Part shown: positions 14,299 through 26,561 of the stretch, in pieces | Layout of the letters: each line of letters begins with the position of its first letter | Numbering within the stretch: the first letter of the stretch is position 1 | Source: Leucoraja ocellata | Taxonomy: Eukaryota | Assembly: GCA_036785375.1 (NCBI GenBank) | Contig: JAWMAR010000097.1 | Location: 4,464,001-4,528,000 of the forward strand | DNA: 64,000 nucleotides | Reading direction: 5' to 3' | Program-made: the position numbers and the translations under genes | The notes under the pieces: model-generated | Seen by the model: only the letters and a program-made list of their open reading frames with translations | Databases searched by the model: none | Told to the model about the DNA's origin: nothing

Positions 14299-16029
14299 TA
14301 GTGCCCTCCATGATGTTTGGGACAAAGACCCACCATTTATTTATTTGCCTCTGTACTCCACAATTTGAGATTTGTAATGGGAACAATTGCATGTGGTTTA
14401 AGTGCACATTGTCAGATTTTAATAAAGGCCAATTTTATACATTTTTGTTTCACCATGTAGAAATTACAGCAGTGTTTATACGTAAGCCCCCCCCCAATTT
14501 CAGGGCACCAGAATGTTCGGGACACAGCAATGTCATGTCAATGAAAGTAGTCATGTTTAGTATTTTGTTGCATATCCTTTGCATGCAATGACTGCTTGAA
14601 GTCTGTGATTCATGGACATCACCAGTTGCTGGGCGTCTTCTCTGGTGATGCTCTGCCAGACCTGTATTGCAGCCATCTTTAGTTTATGCTTGTTTTGGGG
14701 GCTAGTCCTCTTCAGTTTTCTCTTCAGCATATAAACGGCATGTTCAATTGGGTTCAGATCAGGTGAGTGACTTGGCCACTCAAGAATTGACCATTTTATT
14801 AGCTTTGGAAAAACTCCTTTGTTGCTTTTGCAGTATGTTTGGGATCATTGTCTTGCTGTAGAATGAATCGTCGGCCAATGAGTTTTGAGGCATTTGTTTG
14901 AACTTGAGCAGATAGGGTGTGTCTATACTTTTCATAATTAATTATGCTACTACCATCAGCAATTCTATCATCAATGAAGATAAGTGAGTCAGTACTTTCA
15001 GCAAACATACACGCCCAGTCCATAACATCACCACCACCACTGTATTTCACAGATAAGATGATATGCTTTGGATCTTGGGCTGTTCCTTCCCTCCTCCATA
15101 CTTGGCTCTTGACATCACTCTGATATAAGTTAATCTTCGTCTCATCTGTCCACAAGACCTTTTTCCAGAACTATGGTTGCTCTTTTAAGCACTTCTTGGC
15201 AAACTGTAACTGGGCCATCCTATTTTTACGGCTAACCAGTGATTTGTATCTTGCAGTGTAGCCTCTATTTCTATTCATGAGGTCTTCTGCAGACAGAGGT
15301 CATTGAGAAATCCACACCTGACTCCCGAAGAGTGTTTCCGATCTGTTGGACAGGTGTTTGAGGATTTTTCTTTATTATAGAGAGAATTCTTCTGTCATCA
15401 GCCTGGCCTGCTACCTTGGCCTGCCAGTCCCTTTGCGATTAGTAAGCTCACTAGTGCTCTCTTTCTTCTTAATGATGTTCCAAATAGTTGATATAAGTAA
15501 GCCGAAGGTTTGGCTGATGTCTCTAAAAGTTTCATTTGTGTTTCTCAGTCCCATAATGGCTTCTTTGACTTTCATTGGCACAACTTTGGTCCTCGTGTTG
15601 ATAGAAAATAGGTGCAGGAGGAGGCCATTCAGCCCTTCGAGTCAGCACCGCCATTCATTGTGATCATGGCTGATAAACAGCAATAAAAGTTTCCAAAGGT
15701 AATGGAAAGACTAGGTGCTGAGAGCTCTCTTATACCTGCATTAAGGAGGTAATTAAACACGCCTGAGCAATTATAAACACCTGTGAATCCATGTGTCCCA
15801 AACATTATGGTGCCCTGAAATGGGGGGGGGGGGGGGGGGTTCTATGTATAAACGCTGCTGTAATTTCTACATGGTGAAACCAAAATGTACAAAAATGTCC
15901 TTTATTAAAATCTGACAATGTGCACTGTAACCACATGTGATTTTTTTCTATTACAAATCTCAAGTTGTGGAGTACAGAGGCAAATAAATAAATGGTGGGT
16001 CTTTGTCCCAAACATTATGGAGGACACTG
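14299..16029 (-). mobile_element. Tc1/mariner DNA transposon, IR/DR type, full length with decayed transposase
   Basis: ~225-bp terminal inverted repeats with internal direct repeats; TA duplication at 14297-8 and 16030-1; transposase WTDETKINL..QQDNDPKH..SPDLNPIE (about DD34E, frameshifted). Confidence 0.95.
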
Positions 16030-16671
16030 TAAGTTTGTCCCATCTACCTGCATTTGGCCTATATCCCTCTAAACCTTAATCTATCCATGTATCTGTCTGA
16101 ATGTCTTTTATATGTTGTTATTGGACCTGCCCTAACTATTTCCTCTGGCAGCACATTCCATATGTCCACCACTGTTTGTGTGGAAAAAAAATTGCCCCTT
16201 TGGCTCCTGTCAACTCTTTCTCATCTCACCTTGAACTTGTGTCCGCTAGGCTAGATCATGATTTCCCTACCCTGGCAAAAATATGATGTATTTGCACTTT
16301 CTGTTCCCTTCATGCTTTTATCCGCATCTATCAGATTGTCCCACATGCCTCCAGTTTGACCAATGGCCTTCCTCCACCAGACTGCTTCTTACCTTAAAGC
16401 CAATTCTATATCTTGTTAGCTACCTCTTCCTAGATCCCATGCGCTGTAACCTTCTAGAGCAGCTGACCATGCAGAACTTATCAAAGGCCTTTCTGGTCCA
16501 TATAAACAATGTCAATGGCCTTGCCCTCATCAACCTTCTTGATTTACTTCTTCAAAAAATTCAATCCTACACTTTGGCTGTGTTCATCTCCTGTGTCAGG
16601 CCTGTTATGTTAGTGAATGGGGATCCCGTGGATTCTCCATGATACTAATGCTTGTATTATCTTTCCAACAG

Positions 16672-17032
16672 CTGGAAGTAACTGAGAAGGAGAAACTGCT
16701 TCCTGAGAACCAAGATATGAATGCTGCACAGTCTTCAGATGTCAATGTTCCTATGGATCAGATAGTGAGTGAGACTGAACCGAACGCTCCGGAATCTATT
16801 GGAGGCTGGCTTGAGGTTGCAGATGTAACCGTGGAAGAAACTGTTACTCAAAGTTGTTGTGTAACTGAGAACTCTGACACATCTGCCGGGAACCAAATGG
16901 GGCCCACTAAACAACTGACTGGAGAGCAGCTCCCATCAGGAAGCTCTGATGAGGACACCACGGTGCCCTCTCCAGCATCTGTGGAAGAGACCAGCCAGGT
17001 GAAGGAAAACCATGCTGAGGAAAAGGTTGAAG
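16672..17032 (+). CDS. USP19: USP19 exon, acidic inter-CS linker 2 (LEVTEKEK...EEKVE)
   Basis: ctttccaacag acceptor, AAG|gtaagt donor; 361 nt, phase 0-1, which is needed to bridge to the next phase-1 exon. Confidence 0.87.
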
Positions 17033-17629
17033 GTAAGTAACCAATGTACCTTTTAAAATTAAATACTATTTGGAGGTGTGAGGTAAAGAAGCTACAAATA
17101 AAAAGCTTCCATCTGCTGGCTTCCTGCACTGCTTTGCATTTCTGCTAGGACTGGCCTTCATACCAAGAACCTTTAAGTATTGAGACAAGGTGTCAGCTAC
17201 AGTTATATTAGGCCTTCATAATACCCTGCAGGATAATGTCCCATTTTGGTCTCCTTGTCTAAGAAAGCATACTTTCTGCCGGGGGAAGTGCAGCAAAGGC
17301 ACACCAATTTGATCCCAGAGAGGGCACGATTCTCAAACAAGGAGAAATGAGTTAAACTAATGTGAGTTTCACTGCTTCCCGTCCCTCTAAATGAAGAAAT
17401 CTCGTCTCTCAGATTCAAATTTATGAGTGTCAGGGGTTATGGGGAGAAGGCAGGATAATGGGGTTGGGAGGGAGAGGTAGATCAGCCATGATTGAATGGC
17501 AGAGTAGACTTGATGGGCCGAAATGGCCTAATTCTATTCCTATCACTTATGATCTTAAATGTTGTCCATCTGACACTGATATGGACATCAAAATGGCAGA
17601 TGGAGTTTAAAACGGGCACATGCAAGGTT

Positions 17630-17810
17630 TAGTTTAGAAATACAGCACGGAAACAGGCCCTTCGGCCTGCCAAGTCTTCGGCCCATCAACAATCCCTGTA
17701 CACTAAAACACTATCCTACACATACTCGGTACAATTTACAATTTTACCAAGCAAATTAACCTACAAACCTGTACATCTTCGGAGTGTGCGAGGAAACCAG
17801 AGAAAACCGT
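17630..17810 (-). mobile_element. V-SINE 3' part
   Basis: Same tail and core as 26915-27210. Confidence 0.7.
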
Positions 17811-17811
17811 A

Positions 17812-18300
17812 CGTATGCTTGCCTTTATCGGTCTGGGCATTGAGTATAACAGTCAGGAAGACATGTTGCAACCTTATAAAATTTTGGTCAAGTTGCATAT
17901 GGAGTATTGCATGTATTTCTTGTCATCCTATTACAGGAAGGATGGGAAGGATTTGGAGAAGGTACAGAAGATGTTTTCCAGTAAACTGTCTGGATTAGAG
18001 GGTATTAGCTATGTGAGGTTGAGAAAACTTGGATTATTTTCTCTGGAACTTCAGAAGGCCTGATCGAAGTATATAAAATAATGCGAGACGTAGATAGGGT
18101 AGACGGTGAGAACTTTTTCCCCAGAAGGCAAGGCTTTAAGTTGAGAGGGGCGGTTAAAAGAAGATGTGCAAATCAGGTTTTCTGTTGCACAGTGCTGAGG
18201 TCTGGAACATGCTGCCAAGGATGCTGATGTAAGCAGTGTCATTTTGTATCGTATTCGGCACAGACATTGTGGACCAAAAGGCCTGTTCCTATGTTCTACA
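17812..18300 (+). mobile_element. Old CR1 fragment
   Basis: YKILVKLHMEYC..LEKVQK peptide, a degenerate LVRPHLEYC. Confidence 0.75.
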
Positions 18301-18868
18301 TCATCCAGGGTTGTCTTACCTTGCCATATTTGTACATTCTCCTATTGAGCTCCATGCAGCTGAGCCTTAAATGATTCCCACATATCAGATGTGCACTTGG
18401 CTAAGTACAGCTGCTCCCAGTTTATTCTCCCAAGCTTGATAATGTTATAATTTCCCCCCTCCAATTGAGAATTTCCTTTCCCCAATGGTCCAAACTTGTC
18501 CTTATTCATAACCATCTTTACAACTTGGGAAAGAACTGCAGATGCTGGTTTAAATCAAGGGTAGACTCTAAATGCTGGAGTAATTCAGCGGGACAGGCAG
18601 CATCTCTGGAGAGTAGGAATGGGTGACATTTTGGATCAAACCCTTTTCTTCAGACTGAGACATGTTTGACAACTTAGGAGTTGTTGTCAAACATGGAGAG
18701 ATTACTGGGTCAGTATTCTAGAGTTTAAAAGAATGAGCCTGATCCCACTGAAAAGTACACATTTCTTTGTGCTTTGTGGGGATTGATGCTTCCACTGGTC
18801 AAAGAAATAATGGTCAGCCTCAAAATCAGGCATTCAGGACAGATGAAAAGTAACACTTTCACCCAGAG

Positions 18869-19228
18869 GTCATAGAGTGATACAGTGTGGAAACAGGCAC
18901 TTCGGCCCAAATTGCCCAAACCGGCCAACAATGTCACAGCTAAACTGGTCCCACTTGCCTGCGCTTGGTCCACATCCCTCCAAACCTGTCCTATCCATGT
19001 ACTTGTTTTAACTGTTTCTTAAATGATGGGATAATCCCAGCCTCAACTACCTCCTCTGGCAGCTTGTTCCATACACCTCCCACCCTTTGTGTGAAAAAGT
19101 GACCCCTCGGATTCCTATTAAATCTTTTCCCCTTCACCTTGAACCTATGTCCTCTGGTCCTCGATTCCCCTACTCTGGGCAAGAGACTCGATGCATCTCC
19201 CCGAACTATTCCTCTCATGATTTTGTAC
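18869..19228 (-). mobile_element. CR1 3' fragment
   Basis: ORF ESRTRGHRFKVKG..FFTQRVGGVWNKLP. Confidence 0.88.
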
Positions 19229-19796
19229 GAATCTTGGAATTCTCCACCAACGAGAAATGTGGAATTTCAGTTACTGAGTATTTTCAAGGCAGAGATCAAT
19301 AGATTGTTATCAATAGAGATAACGGGTTTGTGCAAGAAAATAGAGCTGCTAGAGTTTGCTCATGGTCTTATTGAAAGAAAACGCAAGCACAAGAGGGCGA
19401 ATGATTCTGCTGCTTGTTTTCTGCTTACAAATGGTAAATCGCAAGTACATTGTATAGAAGAAGCAGTTATGGTAAAAGGTGAACAGGAGAGCTATGTCAG
19501 TAGACTTTCTCATCTGCAGTGATCACTACTGGGAATAAACTCTGCTGCAATCCAATAAAGGTGGAAGCTCTGTCGTTATTAATGGAACAGTGGATATTTC
19601 AGTAGGGAGTTGAAAATCAAGTTTTTCTGAATGGTTTTCTGCTTAGAATTCCATAGTCATCATGAGAATCTGTATGTGTCCAATATGTAATTGAGAGATG
19701 TGTTACTGAGCACAAACCTCTACGATGTGTAGTAGGTACTGTACACATTTGTGCACAAGGTCCAAAATTGTAAGAATGCTTTGTTTTATCCCGCAG

Positions 19797-19953
19797 TACC
19801 AGATGGTTACATGAATCTGAAATTAGTAAAGTATGACTCGTATGAGAAAGGCACAGATACCATGGTGGTACACGTGTATGTGAAGGAGATCTGCAAATCC
19901 ACATCCAAGGTGCTGTTTCGGGAGCAAGACTTTACTCTCATTTTCCAGACCAG
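19797..19953 (+). CDS. USP19: USP19 exon, CS2 start (VPDGYMNLKLVKYDSYEKG...LFREQDFTLIFQT)
   Basis: ccgcag acceptor, CAG|gtgagg donor; 157 nt, phase 1-2; near identity to USP19 DSYEKG..VVHVYVKEIC..VLFREQDFTLIFQT. Confidence 0.96.
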
Positions 19954-20274
19954 GTGAGGGCCAGTCTAGTCACCTGTAGATTTCGCAGAGAGGAAACACT
20001 ATTTCACTTTATCTGCTTACTCAGTTCAATTTGGTTTACAAGGTACATACAATTTCTGTGGGGTATATACTTTAAAAATGTCACTTTTTCATTGCATTCT
20101 CCGATCCACTACAGTGGAATTGAGTTTAATCTAGTTATGTAGTCACTGAGCTATGCAGAATTGAAACGGGTTCTTTGGCCAAACTTCTCCATGCCGACCA
20201 TGTTGCTTAACCAAGCTAGTCTCGCCTGCCTGCGTCTGACCCACATCTCTCTAAACCTTTAAAAGTCTTTTAAA

Positions 20275-20770
20275 TTTAACACTCACAACAAGCCAAAGAA
20301 ATTTCCTCGACTACAGTATAATAACCGGGAAAAAATTAATATTAAAATTTTGGAAAGGCCCTATAACCCCCACAATTAAAATGTGGATTGTGGAAATGTC
20401 AGAGACCCTACATCTAGAAAGAATTAGACTTGTCTTAATGGACAAACAAGAACTTTTTATTAAAATATGGGCTCCATTCATTAATTATCTGAAGGGATAG
20501 ACTGGCCCAGCATGAAAATCCAACTGAAACTTGAACTCGGGAGTAGATGAAAAATTATACTTTATAATCTACGAACCTACCGCCAATGACATATTATAAG
20601 TAATCCATTCCACCTTTTTGTTTTTTTTGATATTTGTAACACTTTTTTCTCTCTTTCTCTCTTTTTCTATCTATATATAAAAAAATAGAAGCAGAATTAA
20701 TCGACAATTGAAAATGTTAATAATGTATGACTGATGTATATGAAAAGTTTTTTTTACTCTAATATGTAAC
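20275..20770 (+). mobile_element. L1-clade LINE 3' end (ORF2 C-terminus and AT-rich UTR)
   Basis: Translates ..KFWKGPITPTIKMWIVEMSETLHLERIR...FIKIWAPFINYL*, typical of L1 ORF2 ends. Confidence 0.65.
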
Positions 20771-20892
20771 TATACTTTACTAGACCAAGTGCAGACCCGT
20801 TGGGTCTGTTCCCCCATCGTGCGGTTGTGTGGGGGGGGAGGCACGCAGCGTCACACACACTAACCATCTCCCCCCCGCACTAACTAAAGAGA

Positions 20893-21330
20893 GTGAGGGC
20901 AGAGAGAGAAAGGGCAGAGACAGAGAGAGAGAGACAGAGACACAGAGAGGGGCAAGAGGGATAGGGGGGTGGAGAGGAGGATAAGAGGGAGGGTGGGTGG
21001 GAGGGGAAAGGTGGGGGAGGAGGGGAGGAGAGAGTGAGGGGGAGAGAGAGGGAGTGCTGGGAGGGGAGGGGGAGGGTGGAGGTAGGGGTGTGTGGAGGGG
21101 AGGGGGGAAAGAGGGTGTGCTGAGAGGGGAGGGGGAGGGTGGAGGCAGGGGTGTGTGGAGGGGAGGGGGTTTAGGGGAGGAATGGTGGGGGAGGGGGGAG
21201 AAAGAGAGGGGGAGAGGAGGGGGGGAGAAAGAGAGGGAAGGGGGAAGGAGAAGAGAAGGGGGGGAAGGAGGGGGAGAGGAGAGGTGGGGGGGAAGAGGAG
21301 AGAGGAAATGGGGGGGGGGGGGGGGAGAAC
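20893..21330 (+). repeat. G/A-rich low-complexity tract (G-quadruplex/triplex-prone)
   Basis: Dozens of G3+ runs, very purine-rich on the + strand. Confidence 0.9.
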
Positions 21331-21337
21331 CTAAAAA

Positions 21338-21492
21338 ACATTTTAGAACCGAAAAAGAAACATTCTGCAAGCATTGTAGAACCAAAAGAGACACTTTTTG
21401 CAAACATTTTAGAACCAATAAAATGGTTCTAACTTCTAACACTTTTTGCAAACATTTTAGAACCAATAGACACATTCTGCAAGCGTTTTAGA
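21338..21492. repeat. ~33-bp minisatellite, about 4.5 copies (cattttagaaccaaaagagacactttttgcaaa)
   Basis: Visible tandem units of 33, 33, 48 and 31 nt. Confidence 0.85.
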
Positions 21493-22118
21493 GGAAGGAG
21501 AGACTGTGGCTATTTCTTAATCCTTTCACCACATGATTTTATATGCCAAGGTCACCCCTCAGCATCAGTGTTGAAAAAAACCACCCAGCCTATGCAGCAT
21601 CTCCTTACAACTCAAAGCCTTCAGGGCTGGTTACATTGCCCAATTATTTGTTGTTGTTGCATCCTTTCTAGTTTAATGATGACCTTCCTATGACGGGGTA
21701 ACCAGAACTCCACATGTGGATTTACCAAGGTCTCACAGCTGTAATGTGACTTCCCAACTCCCAAACTATACCCTGACTGATAAAGGCAAGTGTGCGAACA
21801 CTGCATTCATCGCCCTGTTCACCTGTGTTGTCACCTTCATGCAACAATGCACTCCTTGATTTCTCTATTCAACAGCACACCCAGGGCCTTGTCATTTACT
21901 GTGCAAATCCTAACCTAGTTTGTCCTACCAAAATGTACCTGCTTATATATACTGAATTCTTATTTATACCTTGGGGGAGTACTGTACATTAACGCTACTT
22001 TCAGTAGAATGTCTAGCCTCTTCATTTGAGCTAGTATTGCTGCAGTGTATAGTGCAGTGCAGTGACTGCATAATAAACAGACTATTTTCTACATGAATGT
22101 TCTGATTATATTTTAAAG

Positions 22119-22190
22119 CCACGAGCCCTTTCTGCGCATGCACCCTGATTGTGGACCAAACACCATCTTCAAATGGCAGGTTAAAGTTCG
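22119..22190 (+). CDS. USP19: USP19 exon, CS2 middle (SHEPFLRMHPDCGPNTIFKWQVKVR)
   Basis: ttttaaag acceptor, gtaaga donor; 72 nt, phase 2-2; resembles FLRLHPGCGPHTTFRWQVKLR. Confidence 0.93.
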
Positions 22191-23453
22191 GTAAGACCAG
22201 TAGTGTTATAGATATTTGGCATGAACTTCGTATTGGTCACGAGAGCTTCGAGGGGTATATGTTATTCTGGGGGGTCATAGCAGAGCTCCTGTTTAAAAAA
22301 AAAAAACTTAATATGGTTTAAGAAGGAATTACAGATGCTGGAAAATCAAAGGCAGACAAAAATGCTGGAGAAACTCAGCGGGTGACACAACATCTATGGA
22401 AATAGGCAACGTTTCAGGTCGAAACCATTCTTCAAACTTAATATGGTTGTTTGTTAAAAAATGTAAAATGTTCTTGAGCATGCCAAGTGATATTTGATCA
22501 CTTGATCGTTTGGGGAGCGGTCTTGGTTTATTTCAGTTGAATTACGCATCATAGTCTCCAAGATCAGCTCCCACGAGTCTTGGGTATGAGGAGCTTCTTG
22601 TGTGCAACATGTGTGTAATGATGAGCTGATGGGTCCAACAGTGACCTGTTTGCACTTTACTGAGTGGGTTTGTCATTGAGGATAATACCATAATTAGCAG
22701 ATTGGTTAGATGATAATAGGAATAAACAGGCAGTTTTCAGGCTTGTTAACCAGTGATTAGAGGAAACCAGAAATCAATGTCAGATCAAGCTTTTTGCTGC
22801 CTATTTTAACTACATGGACGCAGGCACCAAGTGTTTGTATTGGTTCCCAATGCAAGGTAGGTGAAACAGCAGTGCACTGAAGACGACACAGTATCTTTGA
22901 TGGAATAAAGAGGTTGTTAGACAAAGCAAAACCATAATGTGGGGGAATTGTAGGGTTATCCATTTCGGCTGGGAAAAAAAACAAAATTGGAATATTAGTT
23001 TCTTGAATAAAGTTAAATGGAAAGATTTGGACATATTCTGCAACCAATGTAGTGTTACCATATGTTGATTGTTAGGGAGGGTAGAATACAAAAATAGGAA
23101 AGGCTTGTGACAAATATATAATGCTATGGCGAGATCATACCTGGTGTTGTACAGTTTACAGAAGGAAACACTTGCATTGGAAACCGTTATAGTGAAGATT
23201 CTTTCATGGAACATCTGTCTCGTATGCAATACAAGGTTTCTTCTAAACTTGGAAATCAGATTATCTTCGGCTACCTCTCCAAGGTGGAAAAACCCAGTAT
23301 ATAAGAGACTTGAGGAACTGCAGATGCCATCTTACAAAAAAATATCAAGTGCTGCAGTAACTTAACGGGTCAGGCAGCATTTGTGGGGGACATGGATAGG
23401 CGGTGTTTTTGGGTTGAGACCCTTCTTCAGACTCGTTATATAAGATAACGATA

Positions 23454-26064
23454 TGGGAGCAGCAACTGAACTGAAGGAGAGAGGATAGAGACAGTGAGGG
23501 GAGGGGATGTGAACGTTGTCGAGAGACATTGTTCACCAGACATGGAGTTTATTACATTGAAATGTCGACCATTCTATCTGCCGCGGGAGTTCACAGCTGT
23601 CGTTATTCTGGCTGTTTATATTCCACCAAGTGCCAACGTCAAGCTAGCACTGAACACCCTGCTAGCATCAATCAACAAACTACAGACTGCGCACCCTGAT
23701 GTGATTTTCATCGTGGCTGGAGACTTCAACCAGGCTAATCTAAAAACTGTTCTCCCTAAATTCCACCAGCATGTCACGTGTCCGACGAGAGGTCAAAATA
23801 CACTGGATCATGTGTACAGCAACATTAGGGATGGGTACAAAGCCTCCTCTCTCCCTCACCTCGGCCAGTCTGACCATCTATCACTCTTTCTCACCCCGGC
23901 ATACAGACCTCTCATTATGAGAACCAAGCCCAGTGTGAGAAACATAAAGACTTGGCCCGAGGGCGCTGCCGCCCAACTTCAGGACTGTTTTGAGCGCACC
24001 GAGTGGGACCTGTTTGCAAACCAGGACATACAAGAATACACATCCACAGTCATGTTCTATATACAGAACTGTATCAACAACGTCACTGTCGACAGGGAGG
24101 TCAGGTGCTATCCAAACAACAAACCATGGATGACCAGGGATGTCAGGAAACTGCTGAGGGAACGCAACTCAGCCTTTAGATCTGGCAGTGATGAATTGTA
24201 CAGCACTGCCAGATCTAAACTAAAGAGAGCCATTAAAGAGGCAAAGACAGCCTATGGAAGAAGGTTAGAGGGGTATTTTAACGAGAGGGACCCTCGGCGT
24301 GTCTGGCAGGGCATTCAGCAACTCACAAACTACAAGGGCAAGGGGGGGCCGATCATCAGCAGCGGTAACAACTCGCTAGCTGAGGAGCTCAACCACTTTT
24401 TCGCCTGTTCTGAGCTGAATGAGGCAGAGCCTGCACCTGCAGCCGCACCCAGCACTGCCGACCTGGCACTCACTGTGAGTACGGAGGACGTCAGAAGAAC
24501 ACTCCGCAGGGTCAACCCCAGGAAGGCTGCTGGCCCAGATGGCATCCCAGGGAGAGTATGCGGGACTGTGCAGACCAGTTAGCGGAGGTTTTAGCAACAT
24601 CTTTAACCTCTCTCTGTCAACGTGCACGGTCCCTAAATACTTTAAGACTGCTACCATCGTGCCTGTACCCAAAAAAACATCCATTACCAGCTTGAATGAC
24701 TATAGACCTGTTGCTCTCACTTCAACGGTGATGAAGTGTTTTGAACGGCTGATTCTGGCCCACATTAAGTCCTCACTCCCATCCACCCTGGATCAGCATC
24801 AGTTTGCATATATAGCTAATAGGTCAACGGAGGATGCCATCAACATAGCTCTACATTCTGCACTGACCCATCTGGAGCGTCCTGGCTCATATGTGAGGAT
24901 GTTATTCGTAGATTTTAGTTCTGCATTTAATACCATCATCCCCAGCAGAATTGTGGACAAACCGTCTGATCTGGGTGTTAATGCAAACACATGCAAATGG
25001 ATTAAGGACTTTTTAACAGACTGCCCATAGACTGTCAGGATGGGGTCCAATTACTCCCCAGTCCTGACGCTCAGCTCAGCTCAACAAGGTTGTGTGCCGA
25101 GTCCCATCTTGTATAAAATATACACTTATGACTGTATGCCAACACACAGTACAAACAGGATCATCAAGTTTGCGGACGACACGACTGTGGTGGGACTGAT
25201 AAACAACAACGACGAGTCTGCCTACAGGGATGAAGTCCAAAAACTGACTGTCTGGTGTACCAAAAACAACCTGGTACTCAACCCATCAAAGACAAAAGAA
25301 CTGGTCGTTGACTTCAGGAGGAAGAGGAGAGAGGAACCTGCTCCCTTATACATCAAAGGAGACATGGTGGAGAGAGTCACTGGCTTTAAGCTCCTGGGAA
25401 TGAACATCTCCCAGGACCTCAAATGGCAATGAACACCGTCACTCTTGTGAAGAAGTCACATCAGCGGCTGTATTTCCTGAGGTCTCTGCGGAGAGCAAAC
25501 GTCTCACAGCCGCTGCTGCTGTCCTTCTACCGATGCGCCGTGGAAAGTATCCTATGGAATCCTGGTGTGGTTTGCTAGCTGTACTGTGGCTGAGAGGAGG
25601 GCACTGCAGGGAATTATAAAAACTGCACAGAGCATGACAAACGCTCAACTGCCCTCCTTGGATGATATATACAGGGCCCGATGCTTGCGCCGGGCCACAA
25701 ATATCAAGCAGGACACATCCCACCCTGCCAACCACCTTTTCACTCTGCTACCCTCTGGGAGGCGATTCAGGTCTCTGAAGGCTCGCACCGGTAGACTAAG
25801 AAACAGTTTCTACCCATGTGCGATAAAAGAACTTAATTCCAACAGAGAACACGGGGGAAGCAAAATGTAATTCCAAGAAATGCCGCCAAATTCATTTAAA
25901 TTCTTTTTAAATACTTATTTATTATTATACTAGTAGGTATACATATGTGTCAATGGTTGTCGTGTTGGTATTTATTTATTTATTTTTTAACCGGAGGAGA
26001 TGTAATGGAATTTCGTTGCACAGTATTGTGCAATGACAATAAACGTATTCATGCATTCATTCAT
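23454..26064 (+). mobile_element. Rex/Babar-clade LINE, large 5'-truncated copy (APE endonuclease and RT), few disablements
   Basis: ORFs with [30 protein letters not shown] and KFADDTT; AATAAA at 26038 and (cattc/attc)n tail; candidate TSD acgata at 23448-53 and 26065-70. Confidence 0.95.
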
Positions 26065-26112
26065 ACGATAAAAGGTCATCTAATGATTTACTTTTAATCT
26101 CTCTCCCTCTAG

Positions 26113-26228
26113 GAATCTTATTAACCCAGAACAATGTCACTATACCTTCACGGCCTTACGCATTGACATCTGTTTGAAGAAGAGACAGAATCAACGATGG
26201 GGAGGGCTGGAAGCCCTGGCAGCACAAG
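26113..26228 (+). CDS. USP19: USP19 exon, CS2 end (NLINPEQCHYTFTALRIDICLKKRQNQRWGGLEALAAQ)
   Basis: ctctag acceptor, AAG|gtctga donor; 116 nt, phase 2-1. Confidence 0.94.
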
Positions 26229-26561
26229 GTCTGAAGAGTGATATCTGACCGCTTCTAAATACTGGCAGTGGAAGCTGGGCTAGGCAGTAGCTGGCAAGAG
26301 AAGGGGCGTGTTGTGATGAAGGGAATACAACCCACCACCTCTCCAGATGCTGACTGAACTGCTGTGTGTTTTACTCTGATTTTATCCCAGTGTTACACAC
26401 GGCTGCTATGACATGCCAATTATTATTAATGTAGTTCAGTAAGTGCTCCCTGTGCATTTTTGCTTTGTAAAGATAGGGACCGTGCAAGGCTGTTGCTTCA
26501 GTGAAGTGTTAATCTGATTGCACAAGGCTTTCATAGAAAGCTACTTGCAACTGGGGAAGCA

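Larger units (their letters stand above)
20780..21495 (-). mobile_element. Non-autonomous Helitron-like element (3' terminus clear, 5' end not seen)
   Basis: Minus strand ends cagaccc-aac-gggtctg hairpin, 8 nt, CTAG|T; the interior is a purine tract plus a minisatellite. Confidence 0.65.

Noticed and set aside
20780-21491. 231-aa Pro-rich and 164-aa Gly/Glu/Arg-rich ORFs
   Set aside because: By-products of the low-complexity G/A tract and minisatellite; no splice or domain support
21338-21492. 33-bp repeats as a CRISPR-like array
   Set aside because: Units are tandem without unique spacers; eukaryotic context and no cas genes
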